Below, piece after piece: positions 1-13,227 of a stretch of DNA of 64,000 nucleotides (the stretch's first letter is position 1; each line of letters starts with the position of its first letter). The notes below the pieces were generated by a model. That model was not told where the DNA came from. It was given only the letters and a program-made list of their open reading frames with translations, and searched no databases. The translations under genes and the position numbers were made by a program. The DNA comes from Octopus vulgaris (Eukaryota): assembly GCA_951406725.2 (NCBI GenBank), contig OX597817.1, positions 133,362,001 to 133,426,000 on the forward strand, written 5' to 3'.

Positions 1-81
1 TGAAAGTAATATTAATGATCCTGATAATAGGGGTAGAAATAATGGTGATAATGATTGTTGTAGTAGTAGTAGTAGTAGTAA

Positions 82-290
82 TCTTTTACTCTTTTACTTG
101 TTTCAGTCATTTGACTGTGGCTATGCTGGAGCACTGCCTTTACTCGAGCAAACCGACCCCGGGACTTATTCTTTGTAAGCCTAGTACTTATTCTATTGGT
201 CTCTGTTGCTGAGCCGCTAAGTTACAGGGACGTGAACATACTAGCATTGGTTGTCAAGTGATGTTATGGGGGACAAACACAGACACACAA

Positions 291-332
<42 letters not shown>

Positions 333-530
333 GTATATATATATGAGTGTGTGTATATATATATACATATATACGATGGGGTTCTTTCAGTTTCCGTCTA
401 CCAAATCCACTCACAAGGCTCTGGTTGGCCTGAGGCTATAGTAGAAGACACTTGCCCAAGATGCCATGCAGTGGGACTGAACCTTGAATCATGTGGCTGG
501 TAAGCAAGCTACTTACCACACAGCCACTCC
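82..530 (-). mobile_element. tRNA-derived SINE (family 1), near full length, with internal (CA)n/(TA)n
   Basis: Minus strand begins GGAGTGGCTGTGTGGTAAG (A-box-like) ... GGTTCAGTCCC (B-box-like) and ends in TAAAAGAG-type short repeats. A closely similar copy lies at 12814-13227 and partial copies elsewhere. Confidence 0.85.
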
Positions 531-537
531 AGTGTGT

Positions 538-739
<202 letters not shown>

Positions 740-1483
740 CCAATGATTAATTATAATTGTAGAGATATAGCTAAATGGGTTGTGTCTAGAAAAGAATTTA
801 GTATATAGATCTGAGGTAAGAACTAAATGTGAAACAGTTTATTACAATAGATGTACTTCTAATAAATTTAAATCAAGATATAATAATCTTTGCTCAGATT
901 TTTGTATTAACAAAAGAGGTGGATTGATTAAACTTAGTGAATATATATGGGGACTAACAGAGAAAACCTTGATTATGAAGTTGAATGGTCAATAATTGGA
1001 TATGCAAAACCTTAGCCTTTTGCTAGTAATAGGTGCAATTTATGTCGAGATGAACTATTTTTGATACTTACATCTAGACTTAAATTATTGAATTTAACCT
1101 CAAATTTTAATATGAATTGTACCCATATGTTTAGGAAAACATATTTATTTTATAGAGGATAGTTTATCATGTTAATACTAGTAAACCTCATTAATATATA
1201 GGGATAATTGATGCCTAGTTTTTAATGTTTTTAATATATTTAATGTCTGTATTTTTATATTGTATATTTTTGGTATGTAGATATATGTATGTGTGTATTT
1301 GTATGTAGGTATATGTGTATATGTGTATATGTGTATGTATAAATATATATATACGCACATACACACACACACATACATATATATCTATGTGTGAATATAT
1401 ATATGTATATGTGGCTGTCCTGTAGATATGTATATGTATGTGTATCTGTACGTGTGTGTTTATATATATATACGGATATATGT

Positions 1484-1673
1484 ATCATCATCATTTAATG
1501 TCCGCTTTCCATGCTGGCATGGGTTGGATGGTTTGACTGAAGACTGGTGAGCCAGAAGGCTGCACCAGGCTCAATCTGATCTGGCAAAGTTTCTACAGCT
1601 GATGCCCTTCCTAACACCAACCACCCCAACAGTGTAGTGGATGATTTTACGTGCTACCAACACAAGGGCCAGT
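1484..1673 (-). mobile_element. Solo 3' tail of RTE LINE (severely 5'-truncated)
   Basis: Same ~190-bp tail (..GGAAGGGCATC..GCTGTAGAAAC..CCAACCCATGCCAGCATGGAAAGCGGAC..(GAT)n) that terminates the RT-bearing copies. Confidence 0.85.
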
Positions 1674-1683
1674 ATGTATATAT

Positions 1684-3494
1684 ATCATCCTCCTCATCAT
1701 CATCATCGTTTAACGTAAGCTTTCCATGCTAGTATGGGTTGGACGATTTTGACTGAGGGCTGGTGAACAAGATGGCTGCACCAAGCTCCAGTCTTGATTT
1801 GGCAGAGTTTCTACAGCTGGATGCCCTTCCTAACGCCAACCACTCCGAGAGTGTAGTGGGTGCCTTTTACATGCCACCAGCACGGGGGCCAGTCAGTCGG
1901 TACTGGCAATGACCTCGCTCGAATCTTTTTATACATGCCACCAGCACAGGTGCCAGAAGGCAACTTTGGTAATGATCACACTCGAATGGTGCCCTTTTAC
2001 ATGCCCAATGGCACGGAAGCCAGTTGGCTGCTCTGGCGACGATCACGCTCGCATGGTGCTCTTGGCACCCTACTAGCATGGGCACAAGTGCCAGTAAGGC
2101 AAAGCTGGTAACGATCACGCTCGAATGGTGCCCTTTAAGTGCCACTGGCACAGAAGCTGGTTGGCCGCTCTGCCAATAATCATGCTCATATGGTGCTCTT
2201 TGCATCCTGGTAGCAAGGACGCCAGTCATCGAAGTTGAATTTGCTTTTGATTGGTTGATTGATTTCACTTGCCTTAACAAGTCTTCGCAAGCAGAGTTTT
2301 AGTGTCCAAAGGAAGAAAAGGTACGCATAATGGGTTGGTTACACCCATGGCAAAGGCCATGAGATTACGGTTTCATTTGGCTTGCCTGGCCTTCTCACAA
2401 ACAGCATATTTCCAAAGGTCTCGGTCACTAGTCATTGCCTTGGTGAGGCCTAAAGTTCGAAGGTCGTGCTTCACCACTTCATCCTAGGTTTTCCTGGGTC
2501 TAGCTCTTCCCCAGGTTCCCTCAACCACTAGGGTGTGGCACTTTTTCACACAGCTGTCCTCGTCCATTCTTGCCACATGACCATACCAGCACAGTCGTCT
2601 CTCTTGCACACCACATCTGATACTTCTTAGGTCCATTATTTCTTTCAATGTACCTACACTCTGTCGAGTATGCACACTGACATTACACATCCATCGGATC
2701 ATACTGGCTTCATTCCTTGCAAGCTTACGCATGTCCTCAGCAGTCACAGCCCATGTTTCACTGCCACGTAGCATGGCTGTTCATACACAAGCGTCATACA
2801 GTCTACCTTTTACTCTGAGCGAGAGGCCCTTTGTCGCCAGCAGAGGTAAGAGCTCTCTGAACTTTGCCCTAAGCTATTCTTATTCTAGCTGCTACACTTT
2901 CAGTGCACCCACTTCCGCTACTGACTTGGTCCCCTAGGTAACAGAAGCTATCAACCACTTCTAGTTTTTCTCCCTGGAATGTGGCGGAAGTTGTTCTCTT
3001 CACATTTGCAGTGTTATCTATTGCTCCCGAGCATCTGCCACATACAAAAACTATCTTCCCCGTTAGCCTCCCTTTGATATTACTGCACCTCTTATTTGTC
3101 CATAGCTTACACTGGGTACATCTTATAGAGTTTCTACCTACACCTCTACTACAGATTGAGCAGGGCCATCTACCTGAAGGGGTTTGTGGTTTGTCTGCCT
3201 TCCTACATATTAGGACTTTGGTTTTAGCTGGATTGATTCTAAGGCCCTTCAATTCTAATCCTTGTTTCCACACCTGAAACTTCGCCTCTAGTTCTGATAG
3301 TGACTCAGCAATTAGAGCAAGGTTATCAGCATAGAGGAGCTCCCAGGGACATCCTGTCTTAAATTCCTCCGTTATTGCTTGGAGGACTATGATAAATAGG
3401 AGGGGACTGAGGACTGAACCTTGGTGGACTCCTACGTCTACCCTGAATTCTTCAGTGTACTTGTTGCCAACCCTCACCTTACTTACAGCATCCC
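1684..3494 (-). mobile_element. RTE-clade LINE, 5'-truncated (RT C-terminal half, 3' UTR repeat array, (GAT)n tail)
   Basis: ORFs 2869-3477 and 2484-2774: VGVHQGSVLSPLLF, LLYADNLAL, KTKVL, FCYLGD, GSETWAVT, RRLCWYGHVARM. Frameshifted. Confidence 0.95.
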
Positions 3495-3995
3495 TATATA
3501 TGTGTGTGTGAGTGTATGTGTGTGTTTATGTAAATGTATGTATGTAGATATAAAGGTAGATTAGTATTATGGATGTGTGAGTGTGTATGCATATGTATGT
3601 GTGTGTGTGTATGTGTGTATATGTATGTATGTGTATGTGTATGGTATACTGGATAAATCAAGGTCTCAATTGTTAATATATAAATGATGAGGTTAATATT
3701 TTACTAAGATAAAGAATCTGTACACTTAATAATATGTTTTATTTTTTTAGATAAAGTTTGCATTATATTATGCTGTAACTTTAGCTGCTTGGAATAGAAA
3801 AAAAGAGAATGCCGAAATGACATAGTTAATTTTGATTTCTATTTGTTTTGTGAAATTAATTTTTTTCTTTCCTTTGTACATGACAAATTTTTGTTTTATT
3901 TTTTAATATTTTTTAGCGTTCATAGTAGTAATAACGATTTTAATGATTTAGTTTATAAATATTTTTAAATGGTATAACTAGGAATTTCATTGGAA

Positions 3996-4111
3996 TCCCT
4001 GAAGAAGCTTTTTTTACTAAATGCATTGTATTGAGAACTATTTAATTATTTAATTAATTAACTTATTAAAATAGATATACTCTTAGTAATTAAGCAGAAA
4101 CATGTGCTGGA
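3996..4111 (+). ncRNA. Degenerate hammerhead-ribozyme-like motif with long stem II
   Basis: TCC-CTGAAGA-A-GCTT..ACTAA.....TTAGT..AAGC-A-GAAA-CATG-TG-CT-GGA. Core boxes and palindromic stem III are present, but the cleavage triplet and stem I are damaged. Confidence 0.4.
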
Positions 4112-4343
4112 AAATTATTTATTTATATGGATAAATAAATAAAGGATTATTACATCTGTTTCTATTGTCTACCTTATTACATTTTCTCCGAATCTGCTAC
4201 ATTAAGTACTTTAACTGGATTTAATACCATGTGTGGTCAGAACCAAATTTCAGACTGAACTGGTATCTACCTGGAATTATCTCCCTACTTCGTTATATCA
4301 ATATATATGTATAAATATATGTGTTTGTGTGTATGTGTGTGTA

Positions 4344-5636
4344 TTAGGTCATTCTATAAATAATGTGCTTTTTTTTTCAATTGCATGAACCAAAAGTCAG
4401 AGGGGGATGGGATAAACTACTTGCATCAACTTGCTGTAAGAGCAGGTAGTAATTTTACCTTGTCCTTATTCTTAGTGCAAGTTTTCAAGAGTGCAGTTCG
4501 ATTTTAACAGTTATTTTTTCAAAGCAATAATGGCACTGACAAAGGAGCATATTCGGCATATTTTGCTTCTTTATGAGTTCAATAAAGAGAACAACGCAAT
4601 GGAAAATGCAAGGAATATTAATGCAGTATATGGGGATCAGACAATAAGAATAAGCTGGTGTTAATGGTGGTTCCAGATATTCCAAGCTAGAAACTGCAGC
4701 CTAGAAGATGAGCCTCGTCCTGAAAGATCTGTAGAGCTTGATAGGGACATCCTCCAAAACCTGGTGGAACAAAATCTCATTGTAACTGTTGTGGAACTAG
4801 CAGAGAAACTTGGATTTGGTCATTCAACCATTCATCGACACCTGCATGCCATCAGAAAAGTCAGTAAATTGGGTCAATGTGTTTCTCACAAACTTTCCAA
4901 GTCTAATCACCTGCAGAGAATGAATGTGTGCTCTTCTTTGCTGTCACATCTCATGAATGAGCGGTTTTTAGACTGAATAGTGACTGGTGGTGAGAACTGG
5001 ATTCTCTATAAAAATGTCAAGCGCTGAAGACAGTGAGTAGGGAAAGGAGAAACACCAGCACTCCAGGCTAAAGAAGGTCTTCACCCACGTAAGATTTTGT
5101 TATCTGTTTGGAGGGATATGAAAGGTTTAGTCCACTTTGAACTTTTAAACCCAAACCAAATGATAACAAAAGAGATCTACTGGAAGCAGCTCGAGCGGCT
5201 TAAGCCAGCACTGGAAGGAAAAAGGACCATTTTTGGTTTCATGATGAAAAGTTTTCTTCCATCAAGATAATGCTTGGCCACATACAGCGAGGATGATATT
5301 CCAAAGGCTGGAGCAGTTTGAATGGGAAACGATGCCCCACCCACCATATTTGCGAGACATTGCCCCATCTAATTATCATTTATTCCAGTCTTCAAAATCC
5401 TTTGCATGGAAAAACTATGAATTCTGTAGACAAGGTCAGAACAGTAGTGGAGGAGTACTTTTCATCCCAGACAAGTGAATTTTGGAAGAGGGGCTTTGCA
5501 AGTCTACCAGATAGATGGAAGAACATTCTAGAAAATGAAGGAGAGTATGCTTTAGATTAAAACAGAACTTTGTTTATCGTAATTTTGAAAAATAAATGAC
5601 GTATTAAAAAATGTCATTATTTATGGGATGACCCAA
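4344..5636 (+). mobile_element. mariner (DD34D-type) DNA transposon, full length ~1.3 kb, transposase pseudogene ~4530-5560
   Basis: TA at both ends; TIRs TTAGGTCATTCTATAAATAATG / CATTATTTATGGGATGACCCAA; motifs IVTGGENW and HPPYLRDIAPSNYHLF (cf. HPPYSPDLAPSDYHLF); stops and frameshifts. Confidence 0.93.
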
Positions 5637-5666
5637 TATGTGTGTGTGTATGTATCTGTGTTGTTG

Positions 5667-5724
<58 letters not shown>

Positions 5725-5728
5725 TATT

Positions 5729-6210
5729 TTATTGTCTTTGCGCAGCTCCTAAAGCTGGATATGTACTATAGTGTCAGCTGTTCACCCCTTATTTTTCGAG
5801 CACCTTCTGGAGTATTTGAGCAGTTCCAAGCAATGCTGTTTTCTGCAAGTGCTCCACTCTTATTGGTGCCTCTATTATGTACTTCTCAAGATTTTTACTC
5901 ACTGTTCCCAGGGCTCTGACAATTATTGGTACTACTACTACCTTTTTCAGTGACCACAACTGCTTAGCCACCCAAGCTAACCTGTTATATTTATTTGCTT
6001 TTCTTTCTTCCTTATCGCATACCTTGTTGTCAGCTGGGCATACTATATCTATGATCCAGCATCGTTTGCTTTCCTTCTCAATTAACACTGTCTGGTTTCC
6101 TATTCTCTATTTCATGGTTGCACTGAATCATAAAATCCCATAGGATCTTTGCATTATCATTTTCGATGATGCCTTCAGGTTTATGTTCGTACCACTTTTT
6201 TGCTCTGTCA
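5729..6210 (-). mobile_element. R4/Dong-like non-LTR retrotransposon 3' end (restriction-like endonuclease domain) embedded in (TAA)n
   Basis: KWYEHKPE..ILWDFMIQCNHEIENRKPD / LIEKESKRCWIIDIVCP..KEERKANKY..VVPIIVRALG..LQKTALLGTAQIL is the PD-(D/E)xK RLE C-terminus. (TTA)n tracts flank both sides. Confidence 0.88.
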
Positions 6211-6267
<57 letters not shown>

Positions 6268-6279
6268 GTTATTAAAATT

Positions 6280-6460
6280 GGTGAGTTGGAAGAATAATTA
6301 CAGCTTTGGGCAAAATGCTTACCGTTATTTATTCTGACACTACATTCAACTTTACCTTCACCCTTTTGAGGTTGATTAAATAAGTACCTGTTGAGCACAG
6401 GGGAAGTGGGTGCACTGTTATCAACGAATCCCATTTCTTTTAAATTATTGGCCTTTTGAA
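6280..6460 (+). mobile_element. SINE family 2 (MetaSINE-like central domain), diverged
   Basis: CTTTACCTTCACCCTTTTGAGGTTGATTAAATAAGTACCTGTTGAGCAC matches the conserved body of the copies at 27620, 30443 and 57096. Confidence 0.6.
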
Positions 6461-6461
6461 A

Positions 6462-6520
<59 letters not shown>

Positions 6521-9500
6521 GCCTGACTAAACCCTTTATAAAGACATAGATACATCTCATTACATTCTATGTTTACATGTTGTTAACATTAATATTGTAT
6601 CTCATTCTTTTGGGATCAATAATGTATCATCTATAAAATACCTGAAACAATTCAATTGCTACATCCTTCTCCAATAATTTAGTGATCTTGCCAATATAAG
6701 GAAAAGCTTCATTGAAAGCTGTATCTTTAATGATATCAATTTTACCAACCTCTACCACCAGAAAAAATTATGAGCATTGTTCCTTGCCTCTGTACCAATT
6801 AAAAAAAATTGCCCCATAATGTTTTTCATTCACCAGATCTTTTATGGTGAATATTTTATATAACAAAAACTGAATAAATTCTTTTAAGTTGCTGAGTAAA
6901 AGCATTTTATGAGAGCCATCTCAATGATTTGTTAACTATCATCATTGTTTAACAACCATTTTCCTTGCTGGCATGAGTTAGACACAACACTTAAGCAACT
7001 CTCTCAAAAAGGGATATGCCCAATCTCTAATAATCCTTAAAGTAACATCGCTGGCTCAACAAAGTTAACTCTTCATTATGATAACTTGACTTCAACTTTA
7101 GGAGTAATATATATTCTACATCATGGTACATAAATGTGAAATTTTGCACTTTAATTATGCCCTCAAGCATTTTGTGTTGCATGTTCCCACCAAATAAGTA
7201 ATCACTCTTCTATTAGACAAAACTTTTCAGCTACTAAGCCAGCTGTGTGAAGCTATGTACTTTCAGTGTTTCTTACGCAACAGCCTTTGTTTCAGTGTAC
7301 CTGCTGTTTCTGTCTTATTCCTCTCATAGATCTACTTGATTCTCCTGTTTTTAATCTTTTCTTCTCAATTCTCTATAGCTCTATCTTTTAGTCTTTGTAC
7401 CAAACATTTTTGCTCAGAAACCTGCAGATATTGTATAATTCAAAACTTCGCTTGAAGTAATAAATCACCAATTAAAATTTACAAAAAACCTACTTAATAA
7501 TTCCAAACTCATTCTAGAAAAAAGAACCAGAATTATTGCACTCCTCTAATTAGAAAATACAATGAAAAAAATTGATTTCTCTTTTAGTAATTTTGATATA
7601 AAATTCTGCTGAAATTAATTTTTCTTGGAATAATTGGGACCATTTTTCTCCTTTCAAATAAACATTCATTCCTCTCTATAATAATTTTGGTACTTATCTT
7701 CCTTTATTTTAAAACTTCACCTTCCAAACTGAAAAATGAAAAGCTTTTACAAACTTGAGATTTAGTTTAGAGTGAGATCTTAGAAATCTTCAAAATTATT
7801 ACAATCTTAAAATATATTTCAAATTACATCGTGCAGGATTTTCTTAATCAAGAATCAGTCCTGTGATAAATCTAATGTTAGGACAATATTAAAACTAGGT
7901 CTCCAATGTGATATATGAAACTAATATGATGATTTCTCATTTTCTAAAGCATCTTGCTATCTAACAAATATTGCCAGCCTGAATAGAGAAATCTAAAGTC
8001 TACTTCAAAATTTATGTTAAAATGGCTAATTTTAACTAATTTACATGTAGCTTTTCTATAATTTATAACAAACACTTTAAGATATGATCTCCTCCTCTTG
8101 CACATTATTATATTTGGTCGAGTCATAACGGAGCTACATTTGGCAGGCTGTAATTCTAAAGTAAATTATTACTACAACAATTGTTTCCAAAGTCATGCAT
8201 AGTTTCTTCCTTGAAAATTTATAATTTTTTAATTTGTTTTTTTTAAATTTTGGATGCTTGTGCTCTTTTTCCATGCTTAAAAGTGGTAAAATCTTAAAGA
8301 AAACATTTATTATCATTATAGTGAAACTATCGGTGAAACCTATCGTGAAAATATTCTCCTCAGCAAGTGAACAATACTTTTAATTTAAATTATTGTGTAT
8401 GGATTTTAGTAAAAAATTCAGTTTAATTTACATAAAATAGTGTTTTCTTTTATGTTTGTCAGTGAATTTATGTTTGTCTTTGGTTATAAATCTGTGTGTA
8501 TGTGTGTGTGCACCAAGAGTGAAACCTGGAAGTCAATAAAAAATTAGTGGGGTTTTTTTTCACACAACAAACATATTTCCATTGAGAATTCTGCTAAGTG
8601 ATAAAATATGAAAAGTAAAGTGAGATGAAAAAAGGTTTGAATTAATAGTAATAAAAAAAATTATGGAACCGGTGTAATTCCCTTATGTCCTGTAGGTTTG
8701 GTGAACATGCTAATGTGTGAGTTTACAGAAAAACACTGGAGGATGTTGTTTACCTGCGGGCCGTTCATTGTTCTCAGTTTGTCTTATGGTGAACTAAACA
8801 ATGAATTGAATATGAAGCAATTATTGGAAACTCTTAAGAAATTCTAATGTTTGAATTTTCTGTTTTAATTGATATCATTAGTTTTCTTGCTTAAACTGAA
8901 AGTAGTGCTTTATCATGATATAAATGATGACCATAGCACTTTAAGAATGATAATAAAAGATGTATTATAAATCAAAATAATGTACAGAAAGTGATTTATT
9001 TTTAGCTAAGGTAAATAAATTGTCTTGTAAATGCAGAAGGCAAACAAGTGGGAAATGTGATGAGAAATAAATAAACAAATGATATAGGTAAACAGCATAA
9101 AAAATAACTTTTATAAATAAATACATTTCATAAAATAAATAAAGGTACACAAAACATAGGTATGTTGAAATATAAAAGTGATTGAATTAATATATAACAA
9201 AAGCTAGAAGCAAAAGAAAATATATAGGGAATTTATAGCATGAACAAATAAGCAACTTCAGTCGTCACATCTTTTAACTAGACAATGAAATAGATAAGTT
9301 AAATACATATATGTGAACATTTTGTTTCTAAAATAACATAAAAAATTATATGTTGGATAGATTAATGATGACTTTCAAACATTTCTTTCTAATAAATACA
9401 TTAAAATGATTATGACACTTAGTCTCTTTAGCATTTCACAGAAAGCAATAGAAAGAATCAAATACAGGAAATCAATTGTCTAAAACAATGATTTGTGGAC

Positions 9501-9707
9501 TAAAAACAAAGACAACTACAGATGTTCCTTTTCCTCTTTGTTACATTTTTTATATGAATGATAAACAAAACTTTTACATCTATATTACATACATATTGAA
9601 TCTTTTAAAATGGTCATATTAAAGAAAATTTCTTATCTTCTCAAATGTTTTGGATGTACTTTTATCAAAGTAGCATGAACTTATTGTCTAGCAAAATTGG
9701 TTCTTTT

Positions 9708-9742
<35 letters not shown>

Positions 9743-10708
9743 TTATTTTCAAGATTTGATGGCATGTATTTTACCAGTTGATACCACTAAGCATTCACTA
9801 ATTTGTTACATATAAGTAAAATAAAAGAAATGATATTGAGTAGATTTTAAAATATTCCATTAATTATTTTGATCTAGATTATATACATGTATGATTTTCT
9901 TTTGTGGTTCAGTACCAGTATAGTTCTTTATTTGTCAATATTTCTGTTCATTACTTTCTTCATTTGTTCTAACAGCCAGCAAAGGTCTATTGAATCCAGT
10001 CATAATACACACATTTACCACCACAGTCACTACTGGCATAATTGTCACTATCCTTTGCCATTTTTACATTTATTTTATTGGTTATTATCAATGCAAAAGA
10101 GGTAACTGTTCAATTGTGAATGTAATTAATTTCTATGCACTGAATACAGCTCTGAAAGCAGGTAAAGTGACAAAATATCAGTATATAAAGAAATTATATA
10201 CTACTCACACAATATCAAATAATATGTGATATAATTTGTGACATTACTAAAGATCCCAAAAAGAAATTAAAATAACAATGTTTTTTTTTGTTTTATTTCT
10301 TTAATTTAAATGTGCATGCGATTTGAAATATTTAAATTTTTGACATAGGTACCACATTTTTAAGCACAACATTTGTCATCTTAAAAACCAGTCATATTCT
10401 AGTTGTAATTAATTTGTCTTTCTTTATTAACAGTTTAAAGTTAAAAAGATAGGAAAACATTGTTGAACATTTAATTTTCTTTCATTGGTGTTATGTAAGC
10501 AAATTTCAAGTAAAATTAAAATGAAATCTCTCCTAGTATGAAGTAGTACACAACATTAGATCTCCTGAAATATAAAATATAATCAATGCAAAATAATTTT
10601 GCAAAAGTAAAAACTCTCCAAATAGTTTTCGAATATATAATATTGTTATGATTTAAAATATCACACACGCACACAGCACACACATGCACACAGCACACAC
10701 ATATGCAT

Positions 10709-10754
<46 letters not shown>

Positions 10755-11149
10755 ACAATTAATTAAGACTGATGATTCACTTCTAAGCTACTCAGAGTTT
10801 AATGCTATGCATTCATTCGAAATTTATGGGGAAATTCACTTTGCACAAAATTTAGGGTTGCTAGGAAATCGTTCATCAATATTACACTCTATTACATGCA
10901 CAGAATACTCTTTTCCCTTGTTTGAAAATCTATAAACACACACACATGCTTGCACACACACACACGCATGCATGTACACACACACACAAACACACTTACC
11001 CTCACACACATATATACATATATAAGATATTGATACAAGAAGATGAATTCAACAGGCTTCATTACTTATCACTTGTGATGTATAATAAAGCCTGTTCAAT
11101 CCATCTTGTATTGATAGCTTTTGTTTGTCCTCTATGAATAATTAAGATG

Positions 11150-12290
11150 AGAATTTGTATAGTTACTACTGGTGTCATCTTCTTAATAAGCAACTGCAGG
11201 GGAAGTACTTAGCATGGAGTAAACTACCATTTGTTGACCTAGAGAAGGCATCTGTGAGCTGAGGAGACTAGGTTTAGATGTGTGGCTTGTGAGGGCTGTA
11301 CAAGCAGGGAGAGAGTTAGCAATGTGTTCAGCTATGAATTTAAAGTGCAAGTTTTCTCCAGTTCAGTCAGCTATAACAGACTAGTTTAAGACAAGCAGAA
11401 TGTAAGAGCTCCTCTATACTGGTCTAATTTGATCAGATTCAGTTGAGGATTTAGAGAGGAAATTCTAAATGCAGAAGTAAAACCTGAATTGAGAGGCCTC
11501 AAAGATAACCTGGCAAAAAACTTAAGTATCAGTAAGTAGGAGAGAAAATAGGACCCTGCTAACATCAGGGAAAAGGCCATGTGCAATATGAAAGAAATGG
11601 GTAGAATATCCATCTGGTGCTCTCTATGTAAATTATGAAAATACAGATGATGCAGTGGTATCACATGTAGGCAAACAGAGATGGTATGCTTTGCCATGCA
11701 GATGCATGGTGATAATAAACACTAAGGCACATGGGAAATAGATACTATCAGATACTTGAAAACCTTCCAAAAAGTAGTTTGTAGTTTCTGCAAGCTAGGT
11801 AACCTAATTAGCAAAGGGTATTCAAAGACCATAGCATCAAAAGAATTGGCCTGAAAGAATTCAGGGTGTTGTTACATCTGCTAGTAAAGAGGGGCTTCTT
11901 CTTATAGATGAATGATGACAGATTGTACAGTGCATATGTACGAAGTGCAATGCTATATGATAGGGGGATGTTGACTGTGAAAGCAGAGGATTTGTGAAGA
12001 TTAAGAACATAAAGCAAGCATGCTCTGCTGAATGTGTAATACTAGAGTGCATAACCAAGGAGCGCAAACGAGCTGAGGGGAAACATATGGGGAATATGAT
12101 GTAATGTGTAAGAGAAGACTGCATTGTATAGGCATGTGTGGCATACTGAAGAGGATAGCTGTATAAAGAAGTTCCATGCTTTCAAAGTGAATAGAACCTG
12201 CAGATGAAGGATACTAAAGAAGAACAGGGACAAAGTGGTGAAGACAGATCTAAACTCGTTGCATCTCTCAGAAATGACTAAAGATTGTGT
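11150..12290 (+). mobile_element. Old, highly decayed RTE LINE fragment
   Basis: Nucleotide similarity to 37800-39050 (AAGCAACTGCAGGGGAAGTACTTAGC, TTTGTTGACCTAGAGAAGGC, GAGCTCCTCTATACTG, GATTGTACAGTGCATATGTACGAAGTGCAATGCT). Confidence 0.75.
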
Positions 12291-12398
12291 TGATTAGTGA
12301 CATGGTATACGGGGAAATATTCTGTCTGTCTAAACATAACAAAACAGATACTGATGTTGTATATATGCATGTATATATTTATATGTAAATGCATATAC

Positions 12399-12431
<33 letters not shown>

Positions 12432-12623
12432 GATGTAAGGTGGAAAATAAATATATATATATTAATGCTTGTTTTTATTTTCAATTATAATCAAAACAAC
12501 TTTACATCAATCTGATTGATGGGTAATTCTTCACTTTTATAGACCACAAATTTATTATTCTTAAAGACAATGGCTTAGCTGGCCAAAACTTCAAAATCAC
12601 TGTCAACAACATTCTTGTTTAAG

Positions 12624-12693
<70 letters not shown>

Positions 12694-12813
12694 ATTGGCC
12701 TGCTTGCTTAGCCAGCAGGGTGGTGTCATTTGAAGGCTAAAACAATGCGAAGCACATTGTGACCAGCGATGTGTAGCAACATCTGATAGCCTGGTCGGTC
12801 ACGGTGATATATA

Positions 12814-13227
12814 TTCTTTTTATTCTTTTTTTATTCTTTTACTTGTTTCAGTCATTTGACTGCGGTCATGCTGGAGCACCGCCTTTAGTCGAGCAACTCG
12901 ACCCCAGGACTTATTCTTTTGTAAGCCCAGTACTTATTCTATCGATCTCTTTTGCTGAACTGCTAAGTAACGGAGACATAAGCACACCAGCATCGGTTGT
13001 CAAGCAATGCTAGGGGACAAACACAGACACACAAATACACACTCGTATACATATATATACATATATACGACAGGCTTCTTTCAGTTTCCGTCTACCAAAT
13101 CCACTCACAAGGCTTTGGTCGGCCCGAGGCTATAGTAGAAGACACTTGCTCAAGGTGCCACGCAGTGGGACTGAACCCGCAACCATGTGGTTGGTAGACA
13201 AGCTACTTACCACACAGCCACTCCTGC
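12814..13227 (-). mobile_element. tRNA-derived SINE family 1, full length
   Basis: Colinear with 82-530; A/B-box-like head at ~13160-13227; flanked by TA-rich sequence. Confidence 0.88.

Larger units (their letters stand above)
743..4300 (+). mobile_element. Penelope-like element 3' remnant (decayed GIY-YIG endonuclease ~743-1150 plus AT-rich 3' region), interrupted by RTE insertions at 1484-3494
   Basis: Frameshifted translation NYNCRD..CLEKNLVYRSEV..YYNRCTSNKFKSRYNN..LSEYIWGL / DYEVEWSIIGYAKP*PFASNRCNLCRDELFLIL..LLN..CTH matches the PLE GIY-YIG pattern. A hammerhead-like motif follows at 3996-4111. Continuity across the RTE and the 3' boundary are inferred. Confidence 0.7.

Noticed and set aside
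440-530. tRNA gene suggested by A/B boxes
   Set aside because: It is the head of a multi-copy SINE; no complete cloverleaf was evident.
10769-10830. CTGATGA...GAAA hammerhead-like boxes
   Set aside because: No stem II or stem I pairing and no palindromic stem III.
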